A DNA stretch of 32,000 nucleotides from contig CAOJGX010000003.1 of assembly GCA_948435735.1 (NCBI GenBank), forward strand, positions 1,602-33,601, written 5' to 3'. Below, piece by piece: positions 28,556-32,000 of the stretch. Source of the stretch: an uncultured Clostridium sp. Lineage in GTDB: Bacteria; Bacillota; Clostridia; TANB77; CAG-508. The notes beneath the pieces are model-generated. The model had not been told where the DNA came from and searched no databases. It saw only the letters and a list, made by a program, of their open reading frames with translations. A program made the position numbers and the translations under genes. Numbering within the stretch: position 1 is the first letter of the stretch; each line of letters starts with the position of its first letter.

Positions 28556-28613
28556 AACCTTCACTCCTATTAAATTTACGTATAGAATAGAATCTTAAGT
28601 TACATTTTTTACT

Positions 28614-29243
28614 TTATTTTTCACTTCTTTTAAATTCTATATTATTATATACTATGCAGATTGTCTCCTTTTTGGTATTGTCTTTTATTTCTAATTTCGT
28701 TGGTTTCTTCGTTTTATAATCCACATACAACTTTTTATGCTTAATATATGTATTTTGATTCTTATTTAGATTAACTTCAAAAATCCATGCTCCATTTTCC
28801 TCAAAACAATTTGAAGTATTCTCTTCATTCCTATAATCCTCCACAAAACTATTCAAAAACATGGCATGATTTAGCAAATTGCTATAATTCTCATACACTT
28901 TTTCTAAATTCAGTTTTGTATTTGAAATCTTCAAGTTATTCTGATTTAGCTCAATTTTCACTCCCTCAATTGCTTCTGCCTGCTTTACTTCCTGCATACA
29001 ATAATCATCTTTCACTTCTTGTTCCATTACATATTCATTTTGCGTTTTGTTACTTGTAACGGTTACCTTTATTTGGGCATAATATGATTTCATATCATCC
29101 AAAACATTCTCCATTTGATTTCCACTTCTATTCTTACTTATATTATTACCAAATAAAAAATTTTTATAATACAAAATTCCAAAAATCATGCAAAATATTA
29201 TTACAAAAATCACAATTTTTTTTAACTTGATCGCTTTTATCAT
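28614..29243 (-). CDS. Hypothetical membrane-anchored protein
   Basis: 209-aa ORF, N-terminal TM IVIFVIIFCMIFGILYYKNFLF. Confidence 0.65.
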   Translation of the reverse strand: MIKAIKLKKIVIFVIIFCMIFGILYYKNFLFGNNISKNRSGNQMENVLDDMKSYYAQIKVTVTSNKTQNEYVMEQEVKDDYCMQEVKQAEAIEGVKIELNQNNLKISNTKLNLEKVYENYSNLLNHAMFLNSFVEDYRNEENTSNCFEENGAWIFEVNLNKNQNTYIKHKKLYVDYKTKKPTKLEIKDNTKKETICIVYNNIEFKRSEK

Positions 29244-29305
29244 ATTTTTACCTCCTAGAAAATAAAAAAAATAGGCTTAAAACCTATCTTTTTATTCAAT
29301 ATATT

Positions 29306-30283
29306 CTACAAAGAATTAAAATATTCAGAAAGAATTTTTACAAACGCTTCTTTTGTTTCCACTTTATTAATCTCCTCTCTTATCACGGTTGCGTTTTTTA
29401 ATCCTTTTACATACCAAGCAATATGCTTTCTTATCTCGCGTGTGGCAGTATACTCCCCTTTCTCAGCAAGAAGCAACTCAAAATGCTCTAAAATCGTATT
29501 TTTCTTCTCCTTTAATGAAATATCATTACCTTGTGCTGTTTCGTTCAATTTTGATACAATCTCGTTAAAAATCCATGGGTTTCCAAGCGTTGCTCGGCCA
29601 ATCATAATACCATCACAACCCGTTTCATCAAACATTTTTTTCGCATCTCCCGCACCTTTTACATCTCCATTTCCAATCACTGGTATTTTCACGTTTTCCT
29701 TGACTTGTCTAATGATATCCCAATCTGCAACACCTGAATAATACTCATCACGCGTTCTTCCATGAACTGTAATCGCACAAATACCATTTTTTTCTGCCAT
29801 TTTTGCTAATTCTACTGCCACAATATGTTCTTTATCCCAACCTTTTCGTATTTTTAAAGTAACTGGTTTCGTGGAATTTTCAACAACTGTTGCTATAATC
29901 TTTTCTGCCAATTCCAAATTTAGTAACAACTTACTTCCATCCCCATTTTTCACAACCTTCGGTGCTGGACATCCCATATTGATATCTACAATATCTGCAA
30001 TTTCAGATACTACTTTCGCAGCTTGACCCATGATTTCTGGTTCACTTCCAAAAATTTGCATGGAAATTGGTCTTTCTTCCTCTTTGCAATTTAGCATTCT
30101 AAGCGTTTTTTCATCTTTAAATGTAATGGCTTTACTACTCACCATTTCGTTACAAACTAAACCTGGCTTGCCATACTTTTTGCAAATTATACGAAAAGGC
30201 AGGTCTGTCACGCCTGCCATTGGTGCTAATATTAAATTATTTTCTAATTCTAGATTTCCTATTTTTAATTTTTTGATATACAT
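29306..30283 (-). CDS. dusB: tRNA-dihydrouridine synthase DusB
   Basis: LILAPMAGVTDLPFRIICKKYG...MQIFGSEPEIMGQAAKVV...ININMGCPAPKVVKNGDGSKLL-type motifs, CAITVHGRTRDEYYSGVADWDII. Start placed at MYIKKLKIG with AAGGAAG RBS. Confidence 0.96.
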   Translation of the reverse strand: MYIKKLKIGNLELENNLILAPMAGVTDLPFRIICKKYGKPGLVCNEMVSSKAITFKDEKTLRMLNCKEEERPISMQIFGSEPEIMGQAAKVVSEIADIVDINMGCPAPKVVKNGDGSKLLLNLELAEKIIATVVENSTKPVTLKIRKGWDKEHIVAVELAKMAEKNGICAITVHGRTRDEYYSGVADWDIIRQVKENVKIPVIGNGDVKGAGDAKKMFDETGCDGIMIGRATLGNPWIFNEIVSKLNETAQGNDISLKEKKNTILEHFELLLAEKGEYTATREIRKHIAWYVKGLKNATVIREEINKVETKEAFVKILSEYFNSL

Positions 30284-30337
30284 TTTTCTTCCTTGATTTA
30301 TGGTTTTGTTTATGGTTTTCTGCTTTGTATGGGGAGC

Positions 30338-30362
30338 GGGCAATTATTAATCGCCCCTACGG
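30338..30362 (+). repeat. Dispersed palindromic element, copy 6
   Basis: GGAGC-GGGCAATT-ATT-AATCGCCC-CTACGG (one mismatch in the stem). Confidence 0.7.
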
Positions 30363-30363
30363 T

Positions 30364-31464
30364 TTATAAATAGGATTTCTGCCTTCTTGAACTGATATTT
30401 AATAATAATCCAATACAGATAAAATTGGTAATTAACGAACTTCCACCGTAGCTTACAAATGGTAAAGGCACACCCGTAATTGGCAGTAATCCAATTGTCA
30501 TTCCGATATTTTCTAGCATGTGGAAAAAGAAAATTCCACCAATTCCAATGGCAATATACGTACCCATATTATCTTTGGCTGTTTTGGCAATATAAATGAT
30601 TTTTGTGACTAAAATAACATACAAAACTAATATCGTTGCTGTCGCAATAAACCCAAACTCTTCACCAATCACAGAAAAAATAAAATCGGTTGTTTTAGGA
30701 TATAAAAATCCTAATTGTGTTTGATTGCCTTGAAACAAGCCCATCCCTAGTAATTGCCCGGCACCAATTGCTAATTTAGATTGAATAATATTATAGCCAT
30801 CTCCTCTCGGATCCGATTCTGGATTTAAGAAAACTTCAATTCTCTTTAACGCATGTTCTGGTAGTCTGTTATACGCCACTGGCACCAAAACAGCAACTAA
30901 CAAACACGCTACAATAATATACTTTTTATCAATTCCCGAAACAAACAAAATAAACAACATTGCAAAAATATACGCCATAGCTGTTCCATAATCTGGCTGT
31001 ATCACAATCAAACCAATTGGTATTGCCATGAAAAATAACGCTATCAATAGTTTCCATATTTTATTAATTTGTTTTCTGCCTCTGAGTTGTAATTTATTAA
31101 TTAAAAATGAAATAAACAAGACAACAACTACTTTTGCCAATTCTGATGGCTGAATCGACGCACTATCTCCAAATTGGTACCAACTCCTTGCACCATTTAT
31201 CGGTTCTGTAAATAATACACCAACTAACAAGCCCATCATGACAAGATAAATTACAGTAGAAAATCTAGCAATCAAATTATAATCAATCCAATAAGCCAAA
31301 ACTAAAAATGGAATACTTACCAAAAACCACTGTATTTGTTTCTTAAACTCACCATATTGTGTACTTTGCGTAGCTGAAAATAAAGCAACCAATCCAATGA
31401 CAAATAACAATAAACTTACGATTAAAACCGTCCATTCTGTATTTTTCAGTAACTTTTTTTTCAC
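30364..31464 (-). CDS. rodA: SEDS-family RodA/FtsW/SpoVE (rod shape-determining glycosyltransferase)
   Basis: LFSATQS...SELAKVVVVLFISFLINK, VLIVIQPDYGTAMAYI, YNIIQSKLAIGAGQLLGMG, ITGVPLPFVSYGGSSLITNFICIGLLLNI; next to minE. Confidence 0.93.
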   Translation of the reverse strand: MKKKLLKNTEWTVLIVSLLLFVIGLVALFSATQSTQYGEFKKQIQWFLVSIPFLVLAYWIDYNLIARFSTVIYLVMMGLLVGVLFTEPINGARSWYQFGDSASIQPSELAKVVVVLFISFLINKLQLRGRKQINKIWKLLIALFFMAIPIGLIVIQPDYGTAMAYIFAMLFILFVSGIDKKYIIVACLLVAVLVPVAYNRLPEHALKRIEVFLNPESDPRGDGYNIIQSKLAIGAGQLLGMGLFQGNQTQLGFLYPKTTDFIFSVIGEEFGFIATATILVLYVILVTKIIYIAKTAKDNMGTYIAIGIGGIFFFHMLENIGMTIGLLPITGVPLPFVSYGGSSLITNFICIGLLLNISSRRQKSYL

Positions 31465-31470
31465 TTTAAA

Positions 31471-32000
31471 TTATTTCCCCTCACTCACTTTTTGGTTATC
31501 TTCTTCCTCTGCTGCTTTTAATAAATCATCAAATGTAACATCGTCATCGTCCTCTTCATCCTCTTGTTGAAAGTCAATTTTGTCTTTTTCTTCTTTTTTA
31601 GGTTTCTTTTGACTTTGTTTTTGCTTGGTTTCTTTGGCGTCTTTTTCTGTTTTCTTTTTTTTCGTAGATTTTTTTTCTTCTTTTTCTTTCTCTTCCTCCA
31701 TTGCTTCTATCATTTCTGTCATTGTTTCTTCTACTTTTTCTTGTTCTGCTTCTTGTTTTTTTACTTCTTCTAATTTTTTATTAAAATTAACACCTTCAAA
31801 TTCCTTGATTTTTTCTGCTTTCATATCATTTTTTATATTCATAATCGGTATATTCGCATATAAAGCAGGAGCTCCATTTGTGCCATCCTCATTTGCCTTA
31901 TTGGTCAATCTGACATCAATTGAATTTTCATCTACCACAATATATTTTTTGATAACATCAATAATTTCCTGTTTCATTAATTCCAAAAAATCTGCCGAGA
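31471..32000 (-). CDS. minE: MinE-like cell division topological factor with long charged C-terminal extension; 5' end runs off the window
   Basis: Frame is open upstream of track start 31986 to the window edge (...SADFLELMKQEIIDVIKKYIVVDENSIDVRLTN...LYANIPI), matching the MinE anti-MinCD/topology region, followed by a roughly 110-aa K/E/D/Q-rich tail; upstream of rodA as in min operons. Confidence 0.8.
   Translation of the reverse strand, partial: SADFLELMKQEIIDVIKKYIVVDENSIDVRLTNKANEDGTNGAPALYANIPIMNIKNDMKAEKIKEFEGVNFNKKLEEVKKQEAEQEKVEETMTEMIEAMEEEKEKEEKKSTKKKKTEKDAKETKQKQSQKKPKKEEKDKIDFQQEDEEDDDDVTFDDLLKAAEEEDNQKVSEGK

Noticed and set aside
1-32000. CRISPR arrays, transposases, phage structural genes
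   Set aside because: No regularly spaced direct repeats, transposase or phage signatures were seen on either strand.

Overview
AT-rich Firmicutes/Clostridia-type chromosomal segment. Housekeeping loci are recR, ybaB/ebfC, dnaX with an SRP RNA just upstream, tadA, dusB, rodA/ftsW, a 5'-truncated minE, a DnaD-like/DnaC-like pair, mazF/pemK and tRNA-Arg(CCU). Sporulation and envelope genes are ypeB, a SleB/CwlJ-like hydrolase, a glucosaminidase, and a GT2 / polytopic membrane protein / UDP-galactopyranose mutase cluster. Accessory elements are two large Ig-like-repeat surface proteins, a ParE/RelE-type TA pair, a three-gene VirB2/VirB6/PrgI-like cluster, and a DUF4143-type ATPase. The most striking observation is that two conserved genes, a UgtP-like glycosyltransferase at 5437..6577 and glf at 17772..18871 (minus), are open only if the ribosome makes +1 frameshifts. 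All three required shifts sit exactly at an in-frame CGG codon. In-frame CGG is otherwise nearly absent from the window; the exceptions are three in the SleB-like gene and one near the 3' end of the PrgI-like gene. This suggests that CGG is a hungry or unassigned codon resolved by +1 slippage or quadruplet decoding, though a drifting or erroneous sequence is not excluded. A second unusual feature is a dispersed family of about six intergenic palindromes with variable self-complementary stems and a constant 'CCCCTAC' right flank.
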